From contig NIVC01003853.1 of the NCBI GenBank assembly GCA_002269645.1, positions 9,697 to 73,696 of the forward strand: a stretch of DNA of 64,000 nt, in the 5' to 3' direction. The notes beneath the pieces were generated by a model. It did no database searches and was not told the origin of the DNA. It was given only the letters and a program-made list of their open reading frames with translations. Each line of letters opens with the position of its first letter. The first letter of the stretch is position 1. This DNA is from Macrostomum lignano (taxonomy: Eukaryota). Positions 11,759 through 24,974 of the stretch are shown piece after piece. The translations under genes and the position numbers were made by a program.

Positions 11759-14700
11759 TTTAATTTTATTCTGAAAGATCTGAACTTTCATGTTTAAGAT
11801 TTGAGCTCGAACGCTTAATCTATATCGAACATGGAACCGAATTTTGTAATATATAACTTTAAAATTTTCATATAGCTTTTAGTTAAATTAGACAATGAGT
11901 TTTGTAATAAACTCTGAATAGTAGCATTCAAAAGGCTGTTTTATTGGTAGTAATAATTAATTGTTGCTTTAATTTGTTTGTTCGAAGTCGAGTAATTGAA
12001 TTTATTTTTGTTAGACTATTTTTTAACATCTGACTGCTGTCAGACTACTGACTACGTAAGTACGAGTAGTCTGAACTGCATTATTAGCGTGTAAATTTGT
12101 TCTCCGAGGAGCCTGCAATAAATCTAGAATTTCCAGACATAGCTTTTCAATGCTAGTAGAAGACATTAGGAGATCGGAAAGAAGCGATTCTAGTTCGTAT
12201 ATTCTGAAAAACAGCAGATGAGGAGACAATTACCATCAAGTTTAGCTGCCCCGCTCGGGCGTTTGAGCAGTTCCTTGACAAAGTCGCTGGTACACAAGTC
12301 GAATCAAATCTGCGTCCATATCAGGTCTTTTCCTGACTTCACGTATCAACTGGTGAAAATAATAGTCGAGCGGGACACCTTCATGTTAACAGATGACGCA
12401 CTTCCAGAAAAGCTCTGAAGTCGACATGGCAAGTCGCACACATCCTCTTACCGTCAGTAGTACCCAAAATAACTCTTTATTTACATTGTGCTATGATGTC
12501 GCAAAATATTCTCTGTAAGATTACTATACTGACTCCAGAGGGTCACTAGGTTTTGTGTTTGAAGTCTGATCGAATGAATTCAGGCAGCATAATGGCACTT
12601 TGCATAGTCATGGTAGTCATAGATTGCGCGGGGAGCGGCCGCGGATTTGCCACGGAACTCCCAGCCCTATTCAAACAATACAGCGAATCCAACCATGAAG
12701 GGTGGGTCCAACCATTAGAAAATATGCCAGTAGAAACAGCCCGCACCGATAGGGCCGTTTTCTGACTATGCAGTTTGTCATAAATGTACGGATAGAGAGA
12801 AGAACTTCAGAGAGAAAAAAATGCAGTCTGGCATTATCGCAGCAGTGGTGTACCCTGCTATCTACATTTGCATGCATGTACAGACCGCGACGAAATTTTT
12901 TGTATTGCAAAGCAAACAGAGGGTAAAGCAAACAATAAGCCTTCATGGCAACAGGCAGGAGCCGGTGTGAGAGCTTAGTGCACAGCTGCTTGGTAGAGGG
13001 AATTGTTAGTCATGCAGAAAAGTATTGCTTACAATTGTACATTGCACAAATGTCAGACACTAGACTTTGCTTTTCTGTGGGGTGGACTGCTGCTTTGCAG
13101 AAAGAATTTCTATGCAAATTTAAGCTCTTCTTTCTCTAACATCATAAAGTGATTGCTGTGGCTGTCTGCTTTGTGCGCTATTGCCCTTCTTTCAAAGTGG
13201 TGTGCATAGCTTCATCTGTGTGGCCTGCACTAACTAGCTTGTACACAGAGCATCCCGTGATGCGTCAGCTAGTCAGTGGAAAGATGGAAAATGGTGGAAA
13301 GATTGCCTGCCAGGACAATATAGCAATACTAGAAATGACTAGTAAAATCTACACACACTTATACAACGATATGGTGCAATTATCTCGGTTTTCATTCAAG
13401 GATGGGTTTCTCACAATTCGAGCGTCAGGGGTGCGACTGACAGAGCGATTTCGGGCAACAAAAACAACAAGTTGCGCCTTAAAATGAGAACCGTGTCACA
13501 TGGTGCGCCTGAAGGAGCGAATCCGGGGTGCCGACGTCGGCCAGCGGGCAGTCGACGAAACGCCAAGTGTGCGCCTCTCCTTGCCCGCTACCCACTGACG
13601 AGAAGTACGACTTGGTGCGGATGATGTGGCATATGAAGCTGGAGTCGCCGACGGCCACGATTTAAACATGTTAGACTGGCGTGGCGATAGAGTGCCGCTT
13701 TGGTGACTCGCTCATCGCTGATTTGTAAGCATCCGCCGCCTCAACCTGCTGTTCTAGCGAGTCCTACATGTCGGTTTCAAGTAGAATGAACTCGACCACC
13801 ACCTAAAGCATCGCTGCCCTGTGGCGAAAATGTGTGGTAACTGCATTCCAATTGAATTTAATTTAGCATTTGTAAGAATTATCATCGAACTACCACCAAA
13901 TAGAGAATGCTTTCAAACAGCAAAGCTCCAGGTTATTCACACAGATATGTGGCTTTGACTCTTTATTTACTGCCTTGCTTTCTTCAAGTCTTTATTATAT
14001 AAACTAAGCAACTCCTAAAAAATAATCGTTTTAGGCATAGAAAAGCATAAACATTGCTCTCACTTTTCTTGCCACTACTTGCAGTAGCCTAAATAGTCAG
14101 CCAACAGCTCGATCAATCCGTTCAGCTTGTAAAATAATTCATGAAGACTGTGAGAAATTGAAAATTGAATCACAATCGCTGGACATCATGCTTAACAGCT
14201 CTTTCTCACGTGACGCACCGCAGCTGGGCCCACCGGATCACTTTTCGGGTGGAAGATCTTACATGGCATCGACCATCATTAGCAGAGAGAAGAATGGCTC
14301 GCGCCGCGAAATCCTACTCCTGGAGTCCCGGATCCCACTGCAGTTGATTCAAGTAAGTCCAAAGTTACTCACGCTAGCCAGGTTGATGAAGACAACACCA
14401 GCAGCAGCGAAGAGGATGACGAAGTGAATCCAGACGGCGCCAGCGTCCTGAAGGGCACCGACGACCAGGACCAGGTGATCGCCTGACAAGACAAGCCGGA
14501 TGTCATCATGGCCCTCGACACCATCTTGAAAGGGACCTGCTATATACGCTCGTACTTGGGTTTCTGGCACTCGTGCGAAAAAGGAATTTATTAGCCTTTA
14601 GGGCTCCGTCGCTTTCATTTAATGTAAAGCGCTTTGAGAATGGTTAAACTGAGGGACGAGAGTGATCAATCAGAACCGACACTTTGTACATGGACGTTGA

Positions 14701-14899
14701 CTATATTGAACTGTTTGAACAACACTGCTGTACATCAATTTCAGCTTTCAAAGAGCTATACTCTGGCAATTTAACATTTAATAGTATACAAGCCTGAAGA
14801 CGCATGGCTGAGAAATCGAAACTAGTCGCAATTTCGAAATGCTGTTATCATTGATTTTCTTGTTTAATATTTATTCTGTACGAACGGCATTCAATGCTT

Positions 14900-15230
14900 G
14901 TTTTTCAGCTCCTTTTGTTAATCCCCTCTACTTGTATGCCAGCTCCTTCGGTTGCCAATTTCTTAATTGTCACACGACAGTCCAAATCCACTGCTGTCGG
15001 AACGGCAGCGACTGTCTCTATCGAGCGCTTGGCATTCTTCGGGTTGAACTTCGGCTGATCTTAGGTGTCACATCCGTCTTTCACATGTCGGATGAGGAAG
15101 TAGATCTGTCTCTCCGACAGCTGATTGTCTGGCTAGGTCGTGGACAGGGCCTCCTTGATTTCCTTCATGCCTGCTTTCACCATGTCACACACAAATTCAT
15201 GAACGCTTGTTCATAGTCAACAAGCTGGAA
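14900..15230 (-). mobile_element. Degenerate mariner-like transposase N-terminal (HTH) remnant
   Basis: Minus-strand translation with stops reads KFNPKNAKRSIETVAAV..AVDLDCRVTIKKLA, resembling the mariner paired-HTH region. Confidence 0.4.
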
Positions 15231-15324
15231 TGCTGCTCATAACATGTTGCCATATAAAATGGTTAAACTCTAGTCAAGACGGCGTTTCAAAGCTAATGTA
15301 GAAACTGGGGTGTGTGCGTATTAA

Positions 15325-15600
15325 CCTACGGCCGAGGTCTCAGCCCGTCGAGGGCGGCCGATTCCAGAAAGGTGAACGCCTCGATCGGCTTGGTCCATAA
15401 GTCACGCGGCCTTAGCTGCGTCGGGTTAGCAGGGCAGCTGAAAAAGTGGGTCACCGTTTGAGGCTCTAGGTCACAGTCCCGACAGGCCTGGGTTGACCCT
15501 GGCCTGAAAGTCGCGGAGAAGCGAGCAGAAACTGGAGCGAAGCTGCGCCAGTGTGCACCGCATGCAGTGGGGAAGACGGGCCTCAGGGCCGCCTAGAAAC
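15325..15600 (-). mobile_element. 3' fragment of a non-LTR retrotransposon ORF2 (C-terminal CCHC domain)
   Basis: Minus strand reads TLAQLRSSFCSLLRDFQARV...(frameshift)DCDLEPQTVTHFFSCPANPTQLRPRDLWTKP, the typical LINE ORF2 C-terminal zinc-knuckle pattern. Confidence 0.7.
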
Positions 15601-15639
15601 TGAGGTAGTTCGGTAATTGGTTAGGAAATTAGCCTGCAA

Positions 15640-15725
15640 ATGTCCGGCTGGCAAACGTCCCGCTGGCAAACGTCGGTTGGCTAACGTCGACTGGCAAACC
15701 TCCGGCAGGCAAACGTTGTAGACCC
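15640..15725. repeat. 15-bp tandem motif (ctggcaaacgtc..), probably a subterminal repeat of a small TE
   Basis: 5-6 degenerate copies. Confidence 0.55.
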
Positions 15726-16499
15726 AGGATTGATTACTGACTGACAGACTTACCAACAGACCTACCGACAGATAATTTATTTTTATGATGCTAAATTGAA
15801 AGTAGCAACTAGCTCGTAAAGCTAAATAACAAAGTAGGCAATACAATAGCCGAAGAGAAGCAATGAGTGTTACTGAGTAGTGCTGTCGAAGTTGACAATG
15901 AATTATAATACGCTCGTAGAGCGAAAACGAGTTTATTGCAATCGATCAGCGGGGAAGAAAACGAAAGAAAAGAAGTGAAGGGCCTAAGCGCGAGTTAAAC
16001 TATAGATCATATATACAATATAAGATCTATGAAGATCTAGATCTATGATATAGGAATACAAGATCTATGGGTTGAATTTGTATTTATACTTGTATTAACA
16101 TACCAAACTGGGTACAAGCGTAGCTGAAATATCTGTGGTAAATTAACGGTTGGGATTGTCTGTGCAGAAGAGCATGGTAGACGCAGGGAGTCGGCTAACT
16201 AAAAATTGCAAAACAGAAAATACAGATATTTGGAGGATTGCGAATCCAATAAGTGCAGTAGGTTGAGTTTAGTCAGAGGCTTTATCGGGGCGAAATTATC
16301 GCCGCTGGAGTAGATTGCACTTTAACGGGATTTTGATTGCTACGAGCCGTAAAACACAAAAAGCTAAAATGTTACTTTTACAGTCACATTTTCTATGTAG
16401 GAAATCACGCAGCTCATCCGATTGTTGATAGGCCCGACGAGTACAAGACCTCAACAACTACATTAAATTATAGAAAAGTTAAAAAACCTAAGACGCTAC

Positions 16500-19397
16500 T
16501 CAGTCACTCACTGTCTTGCTCAAAAGTAGCCAAGGTGCTCGCGGCGTGTCGCTTTGACGGAAGAGAAAAAATTCCTCGGATTCGCTGTTGAATTCATCAT
16601 CATCCACCACGACGCATGTCAAACTTGAGGTCTCGTTCGAAGCCTCCTGGACATGTTTCTCCACTTCCTTCGCAATGAGCTGATAATCCACATTAGTGCG
16701 ACAAGCGTTATTGCGCAGAGCCTTCACCGCAGAGGTGTAGGCATGGAGCCTTTTTCGATAGGGCATATTGCTCTGTTTTGCACTAACAAAGCCATATGAC
16801 GCATCACAGAATTGTAGGAAAACTTGAAATTCGTCGTCAGGCTTAGTCTAAAACAAAGCATTCATTGTAGAATAACTCTAAGCTACGATGAACTCCAACA
16901 AAGTAACTCGTGCTCACCTCACACTTTCGGTAGACCAGACAAAATTTTGCGAGGTGCAGCTCTTCGGCAGTTGTCTGTCTTTCATCTAGCAGTGACAGCC
17001 AAATAGCCGTTGGATAAAATCCCAGATTTAAGAGATTCAACCCGCTGTTTGTGTAGTTGTCAATTAGAAAAATGGCGCCATCTTCTGGAAGCAGCCGTGC
17101 CAGATCCTCAACAAATACTTCAGCTGAATCAAAAACTCCACCAACAAAGCTCAAGACGGCGATGTCGAATTCAGTTACTGAGTTTTGCACGAACTCCATC
17201 ATATCCTGCTGCACAAAAACTGACTTCACTGAAGCATTCGAAATTCTGCAGCAGTTGGTTAAGAAGGCCTTCTTCGGCCACCAGAATTTATCAACGCCAA
17301 TGCAGCTAAACTCGCCTTGCTGGTTGGTTCGCTCTGCCCAGACATCCAGTACCGCCAGCAGCTCGCTACCCGGCCCGCAGCCCAATGAAAGCACACGGAA
17401 GCTGTTTGTTTTCTTGTTCCAGTGTTTATCAAGATGCTTTCTGAGCTGCCTTTCAAAAGATATTTTGAACTTTTTTACTTTCTTAGGCATGTGCTTCTTG
17501 GTGTAGCCACTCAGCAGGTCAGGACGCTCATAATAGAAGTAGGTGTCCTTTTTTGCGGCTGCCTCCCAAGACTCAAGCGCTTCTTTTTCCTCCTTAGAAA
17601 GTTTCTCTTCAAACAGATGTGACTGCCTGGGCTCGTACTTTAAAATCTCATCCAGGGCTCTTCGCACAACCTGCTGCGCGTCATCAAGATTGCCGTCAGT
17701 TGACCTCAGCCTCCATGACAGCAGCTCAACCATGCACTCAAATGCTGTTGAGCTTTTTAAGTTCTCATCTTGATTTACTAGATAAGCCGTGAACCTGAAA
17801 ACATGAGCAGACTGATGCATTCAGATGAAAGTAACATTCTCACATTAGCTGAAGTTGAGCAAGTGCTAATCTACTCACACAATGCAGTCGTACTGCTCCT
17901 CCAGTCCTACATGTTCTTCAATTTCAGGGTTAGTGAAAATTTCTCGAGACTGCCTGGCCAGATTCTCAACCCCATCAGGTTTCGGATGCAGCTGAATATT
18001 TTCAGTATTTTCAACGTAGTTAAAGTAGCAACTAAATATCAAACGGAATTTCAACTCAGCGCTATTTTGATAAGCTCGCTCACCCTGATCTTGTTGCAGA
18101 CCGCCTTCCAGCCCTCGGATTTCGGCTGAAATTCATCATGAAACAATTCTGGTAATGTCGTGTGAAGTTTTCAGGTCAATAAACGCCTCAGCATATATAC
18201 TCAGCAACAGTGACGAGTATTGCGAGTGACGCCAGGATGTCCACACCTGGCCACTAAGCAGACCTAAGCCCAGGAACAACGCCCCGCCACACCAAGCCGA
18301 TGCTGTTAATCAACTGAAGGAACAGCTACAGCTGCGCACTCTGCGCTGGCCTTCCCGGTCCCCAGACATGAATCCCATCGAGCATGTCTGGGACTTCCTA
18401 AAAAGTAGCATTCGAAAAGAGAATCCACCATAGAATGTTGCGGAGAGCTCTGCGTCATGCCATTGAAAACGCTTCGGAGCAGCTTCCCCAAGACTTTCTG
18501 CGCCGCCTCATCCTTGGGATGCCCCGCAGAGTCGCCGCACTTCTGCATGCAAGGGGATCCCACACGCATCGCGATTCTAACTGAATATTGCATAAAAAAT
18601 TTATGATTTTGTGCGACTGACGTTTACTACGAGTGTTGATATTCAATCAACCTTCCCTTCCTCACGGCGGCTTAGTTGCGTAACTTGAGGGTTGAATTGT
18701 GAGTGTGAAGTTGTCGCAATTTGGAGGGTGGAACTTTTGACTGTTGCTGAGTATATACGAACACAATCTTCAAAAGGATAAGCTGCAAAATTATCGCATA
18801 CCTGGAATGCTCTTTCGCGAATCGCTAGTCGGAGTTGCTTAGCAAACAGGTCATTCCACTACAAAGATTTGATAGGAATGCGAGAGGAATTATTTGTTAC
18901 AACTGAAAGGCTGGGTTTATGATCTGTTCGTTCCGATGCGGTTTAGAAAAACACACAAATACGAGCTAAGACCGCATGAAGAGCTCAAAACCGGCTGGAA
19001 TTCATTGGATTTGGTTTTCTAAGAAACCGTATCAGAGCCGGATGATTAGAAATCCAGCCCTTGTCTAAACTTGGCCGCATTAAACTTTTACGTTCATACA
19101 GTAGCCTTACAATCTGAGCCTTTCCAATGTGTTGGTTGAGCGCCTTGTCGATGTCGCAGAAATACGCCAAGATGTGCTGGCTCCGACTCACTAGCATCTG
19201 CAAAGGTAAGCAAGAGTACCTGGGTATTTGGGCGGTATTGATAGCCATGTAGTAAATTGGAAGTATGCAGGTATTACCATTAGCTTCTCCAGAGTTTCTT
19301 GCAAGCCGTCCATCCAGAGCTGGTCTCGTTCGCTGTGATAATAACTCAGCTGACACAGAGCGATTTTGTGCAGACAGCAATAGGCACTGGCTGACAT
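16500..19397 (-). CDS. Multi-exon gene: putative death-fold-like N-terminal domain fused to a class I SAM-dependent methyltransferase
   Basis: Phase-compatible GT-AG exons 19397-19278, 19197-19111, 18125-18084, 17991-17879, 17794-16918, 16772-16500. MTase motif I VLSLGCGPGSE, motif II CIGVD, FDIAVLSF, IFLIDN. The N-terminal helical region has GWKAV...ELLSW...VRRAL. Confidence 0.75.
18196..18755 (+). mobile_element. Internally deleted Tc1-like DNA transposon in an intron of the MTase gene
   Basis: Perfect inverted termini tatatactcagcaacagt (18194-18211) / actgttgctgagtatata (18740-18757) with TA flanks. Remnant transposase NNAPPH...WPSRSPDMNPIEHVW with stop and frameshift. Confidence 0.9.
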
Positions 19398-21085
19398 ACT
19401 GCCGGCCACAAACAGATGGCCAAGAAAACTGTAAATATTTTTGGTGTTCCTTCATATACGAGCTAGAACAGCGATAATTTTCTTATAGGCATTACGATCA
19501 CGGATCAAGCATAAGATATTATACAGCACTAAGCCAAGTTAACTTATTAAAAATGAAGATTGACCAAAACAGAAATGGGTCATCAAAGATTTCAGGACTT
19601 TACATGATACCTGCAACAATGTTGAATTGAATTCCCCCCTCAGTAGTCCTTGATTACAATACTACTAACCGATGGTAGGTGTTTAGGTGTTTACTGTTAA
19701 TGCAGATTAGAGCGACCTGCAATTGCATGTTCGACTCAGCAGAGGTCGGAAAACTCCGGCCCGCAAAGCCTCTCTATCCGACCTTCGGGTCCTTTGAAAG
19801 TCCAAAATAGCAAGGCTTGTTCAAGGCTGGTGTCTCTTCTCAGCTCCCTTCTCTCCTCTTGTCTCCTCTTCTCTCCCCCTCCTCTGACCCGCAGTCATGC
19901 GCTATAGGCTATTTATTTGGCCCTTGAGGTGAAACATTTTACCGGCCCCTGACTTACAGGATAGAATCGCGGTGCTGTTTGATGGCCTCGTTCAGCTGCT
20001 CCGGATCTGACAACGGATTTGGTGAGCTGGGCATCTCATTTGCCTCGAATGCAGATCGAATGTCTTTAGCCAAGGCCTTCAACTCCATCCAATCAAGAAT
20101 CGGCTGCAATCAAAGCAGACATGACGTAAACTAAACTTAATAACCTGCTTAATTACGAGCGTATCGTTTGTCATCAACCGAAGTATCTTACTCGTTCCAG
20201 AGCGCCAAATTTTGAGCACCAAATTTTGGAGACGGGCTGCAATGTGGGACGGTACAACTTATTTGTTAATTGTAGCCTAAGCTAGCGATAATAGCTATTG
20301 GTTAAATTTTTTATCTGTTAATTTTCTGATCAGTTCAAATTTCTAAAGCTACGCTCGTACTAGCTAGAGTCCCCAGGAGTCCGGACTACAGCATTGTACC
20401 TGAAAGGCTGTTGAAACATTGTCTGAGTTCAGCAGCTTGAAGATTAATTCAGACCACTGAAAGTTTAAGAGGATCAAAATGCATCTGTTATCCGCAAAGT
20501 AAATTGAAAAGATTCGACATTCTTTAGAGTACCCTTTTAAGGTCTTCATCGCTGTTCAGAATCTTCAGCTTGTCGTCCCTTTCCTCGGCTGCTTCTCTGA
20601 TGCTATTGACTTCCTGAAATGTTTTATTTGGAAGCACTTTCCACTGCTGCAGTTCGTTAAACTCTTTGCAAGAGTTACGCGAAATAAAAATATTGTGATT
20701 AAAAAAGAATGAAAGCGGAAGTCGACTTGGACCCAATTGGAGGCCTAATGAAGGCAATACTTAATATCAACGAGTTTGCGCTTTCATTTCTGTTTATGCT
20801 TCTAAACTAAGCGAGCTACATTGTCAATTCTTATCGTGACTGATGTTTAAGGAAGCCCTACCTCGCGTATGTTTCTTTCTTTCATGCTTGAATTCAGACG
20901 CCTTCTCGCGGTTCGGTCCTAAAAAGTGTAAAAGTGAGTGCGTGACTGCTTTATTAGGTCGTTCGCTATTCAATGCAGTCTTGCACTGTTGCAATGGTAC
21001 CAAACTAGGAAGCCGCTACTCATTGTGATATTTCCAAAGTTGTTATCTTCCTGTTGCAATCGTGGGTTCTGCAGTCTAGGCTACT

Positions 21086-21794
21086 CATAAGCGTATAGGA
21101 ACGGGGGACACTGGGGCCATGGCCCCCCCCCTCTTGGCCAGTAATGGTATCTGGCCCTCCACATTTTAAATGCAAAATGTATACGTTTTGCTTTTTTTAC
21201 TCTTATTTTTATTTTTGCTGTTTTGCATGAATTCATTTTGCTGAAGGGCGACAAAAAATAGCGCCTCTGGAGTTCCTGTGGCGCTAAAATGAGTGCCTGC
21301 GGCGCTAAAATGAGTGCCTGCGGCGCTAAAATGAGTGCCTGCGGCGCTAAAATGAGTGCCTGCGGCGCTAAAATAAGTGCCTGCGGCGCTAAAATGAGTG
21401 CCTGCGGCGCTAAAATGAGTGCCTGCGGCGCTAAAATGAGTGCCTGCGGCGCTAAAATGAGTGCCTGCGGCGCTAAAATGAGTACCTGCGGCGCTAAGAT
21501 GAGTGCCTGCGGCGCTAAAATGAGTGCCCGCGGCGCTAAAATGAGTGCTGACAACATCGATTCTGAAAATAATTGGTACATGGTGTGCATTTTCCATACA
21601 AAAAAAATCGAACTCGCCGGGGGGCGTGCACCCTGTGCCTCCCCCCCCCCCCTAAATCTACCACTGAACCTGCCCCCCCCCCTAAATCTGCCACTGAACC
21701 TGCCCCCCCCTAAATCTGCCACTGAACCTGTCCCCCCTAAATCTGCCACTGAACCTACCCCCCCCCTACTTTTTGAAACGTTCCTACGCCTATG
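21086..21794. mobile_element. hAT-like non-autonomous element (MITE) containing a 21-bp minisatellite
   Basis: TIR cata(a/g)gcgta..ggaacg; 8-bp TSD aggctact/aggctaca; internal (gcgctaaaatgagtgcctgcg)n at ~21280-21545 and poly-C-rich repeats at 21640-21770. Confidence 0.75.
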
Positions 21795-23391
21795 AGGCTA
21801 CAGGCTCATTCCTGATGTATTTTTCTCTTAATGGATACTGGTTTGAATTGGTAGTTCGCTGTCATCATGCTTCTTGCTGTTTTCTAATCCTGATACGATA
21901 GATTAAAGAAAGGAAAACAAGAACTCAAAATAATTAAGTTTTTCAAAACTTATTAGAAGTAGTACTCACAGTATATACAATAGGTTTAGACTTTAATTCC
22001 TCTTAGAATTTACTTGCTCCGGATTATTGAGGCATCACTCCTCTTTGTGCTATCTAGTTCGTTATTTTAAAAACTCTTTTTACCCCAAATTCGCTTAACG
22101 GGAATGCAAAGATAAGGAAGATGCTTCCTCAGAGGCCAGCTGGCTCTTTATTTTAAGAAATCCCTCAAAGCCTCGACTAACCAATTTTAGGATATTTTCG
22201 CAGCTTGAAACTACTATTAGTAGTGAAAACGCAAATTGAATTACACACTAAACTATGCCTTACTACACAATGATACCAAAGAGGTACTAAAATAAAAATC
22301 AGAACTCACATCAGGAGTATGAATTCTCAAATCGCTGTGCATTCTGACCTCCTCCTGCATTTCATATGGCATCTGCAACTCCTGCTTATTCAAATTGAGA
22401 AGCTGTTCTCGACTGTATTTGATCCTCATCACCTTGGCTGATGTTTCCAACAGAGTCAAAGCGGTTTTCTGCAAATTAATCAAGAGCAAACATACTATAA
22501 CTTTTATTTCTGGTACGCTCAATCAAAAGTAAAAGCAGTGAAATTCTAAACTTAAAGCGTGGGGAAAGTTAAAAGGCAAGACTAGAGGTGGCACGAGACA
22601 GGACCTCTGCGCAAACCAAAACTTGCAGAAGAAGTTATTTTAGTGAAATATTAAAAGGTCGAAGAAAAAAGCGAAAGAAAATATCTGAGCCAACGAGACA
22701 CAGGCTCGCTCACAAGCGGGTACAGGACTAAACAGCACCCTGCAGCCCCCAACACACCAACCCCAGCCAAGCCGCCCCCCTCACTCTGCAGTTTAAACGC
22801 CCTTACCCATATCAACACGGGGGCAAGAGTAACATTAAATGCTGCAGGTGAGAAGTCTATATGGTAAAGCTCTTGCAACTCTTTGAGAACATTATAAACT
22901 TTCATTAATTGGTGACGTTGCCTCACTAAAGCAAATTCACTGCGAATCTCAGGGCCTGCACAGGGACTTCTTGAACTTGAGTTTGAGTAGTCCCTGGGCC
23001 TGCACATTCATTTCAAACCAAGGAGACCTGAAATTCCAAAGACTGGAGTAACATGCAGCTCAGGGACTCTGAATCATTGCGCTATTGCGGGTGCTGCAGT
23101 ACTGTACAGTGTATCTCTTGAGCTTTTTACCTTTTAGAGCTTTAATTCTTTTTATTTTTGTAGATTGCCAATTGCCACAAAAACCAGCCGTGCCTGCAAC
23201 TCAATTCTGGACTGAAGCCTCTGCTTAACGAACGAAACCAATTTTGAATTTGCGGTGTTGAATTTAACGGTTTTGTTGTACCCCCCGGGATGGTCCAGGA
23301 GCTGCGAATCGGCTAGGTAGCAGGGCTGCCCAGCTGGGAGACACCATGTCCCGTCTATTCCTACTTCTAATAGACGGGAAGTAGCTGCAAT

Positions 23392-23502
23392 CCACTCCAG
23401 TCCACTCCAGTCCACTCCAGTCCACTCCAGTCCACTCCAGTCCACTCCAGTCCACTCCAGTCCACTCCAGTCCACTCCAGTCTACTCCAGTCCACTCCAG
23501 TC
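23392..23502. repeat. 10-bp microsatellite (tccactccag)n
   Basis: About 11 near-perfect copies. Confidence 0.95.
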
Positions 23503-24202
23503 AAGCACTCGAGCGCACTGCTGCAAACCGTAACGTATATTTCGCTATTGATCAAATGCACTGCCGTCAGCGGGGGGGAAGAGGAGCCGGAACGGGCGGG
23601 GGGCAAGAGGGGCCGGAACGGGCGGGGGGCGCGCATAAATAAGCAAGGCAAAAAGGGGAGGGGTAAACCGACAGACAAAGCAAGCACACCCCACCCAAGT
23701 GACCTAACCAGCCAGCCAATCACAAGCCGCCGGGAAGGGTAGCGCACAGCTGGCTAGCGCACGAAAACCGGCCCCGGGCAGGCCGTAGGCAGACTAGGGT
23801 GAGGCCTAAGCCCCTAAACCCCAGCCCGACCGGCCGGCCCAACCCAGCGCGAGGGGGGAGGCAGAAAAGAGAGAGAGAGAAAAGGCCGGGGGAGCCCTCA
23901 CTGACGCAGCACGGCACAACAGTTTAAACAAAAATACACACAGTACCAGTGGTGCAAGAAGGAAAGCATGGAGTACATACGCTCGTACAGAATTTCTGGC
24001 CCCATGTAGAAATTAACGCTCCGAATATTAAACAGACACATTAATCAGGGGTGGGTTCTGTGCACAGGCACATGGACTCAGAACTGGGGGGTTGGGGCTG
24101 AAAATGTACGGTAGGAACAAATGTCGGCTTTTGAACTTCAGAGCTCAATATTTTCTCGAGCTTTTTGACAAACTTTTGGGTTTTCTCAGACTATTGCATG
24201 AC

Positions 24203-24899
24203 TAGGGGTCACAATCCCGGGATCCCGGGATTTAGCGCTTTTTCCGGGATCCCGGGATCCCTGGATTCACAGGGTCGGGATTCAATCCCGGAACGTTAAT
24301 GCTATGTTTTTATAATGTCTGATATAATAGCAAGTATTTTATCATAAAATGGCAGTTAGTTCAAATATGGTACATACACGCATACTCGTACATGTCCATT
24401 CTCCGTTGCCCACTTTGTAAGGTCTTTAATGTTGTTTGAGTTGAGTCTTATTTAAATCATTGAACGTTGAGATTTGATTTTAAAGTTTGAACTCATAGTC
24501 GTGAGTCCAGACTCCAGACTGACAAGTGACAACGTGAATGCCCAGGCGGTAGTAGGTTGTGACTTGTGTTGTGACTGTGAGTCCTTGTGACTCCTTGTGA
24601 GTGTGCCTCATGCCACGGGCCAACGACTCCAGGACCACGTCCACGAGTCATGTGCATTCGTTTTGCAATGTGCATACTGCTAGTGCTATTACATAGTATG
24701 TAATACATGTATATACATTATATTGCTTTGCATAGTGTTTGCTTATTTTTACTTGCAACTTGCAAATGTTCTCACGTTGGTCACGTGATAAAAAGTAATT
24801 CGTAGCGTTGTTATAACATTATAACAATGTTACGACAAGGATGGTACTGGAAAAATATCAATCCCGGGATTGACAGAATCCGGGATTTTGTGACCCCTA
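24203..24899. mobile_element. hAT-family non-autonomous element
   Basis: TIR taggggtcacaa / ttgtgaccccta, perfect 8-bp TSD tgcatgac (24195-24202, 24900-24907), subterminal atcccgggat palindromes. Confidence 0.9.
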
Positions 24900-24943
24900 T
24901 GCATGACCGAAAAAAACATCGGAACAACATCAGAGCAGCAATC

Positions 24944-24974
<31 letters not shown>

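Noticed and set aside
12200-14570. Scattered coding-like fragments (e.g. 12553-12765, 13500-13830, 14170-14555 with plausible splice sites)
   Set aside because: I could not join them into a stop-free model or recognise a family; possibly a decayed gene or TE.
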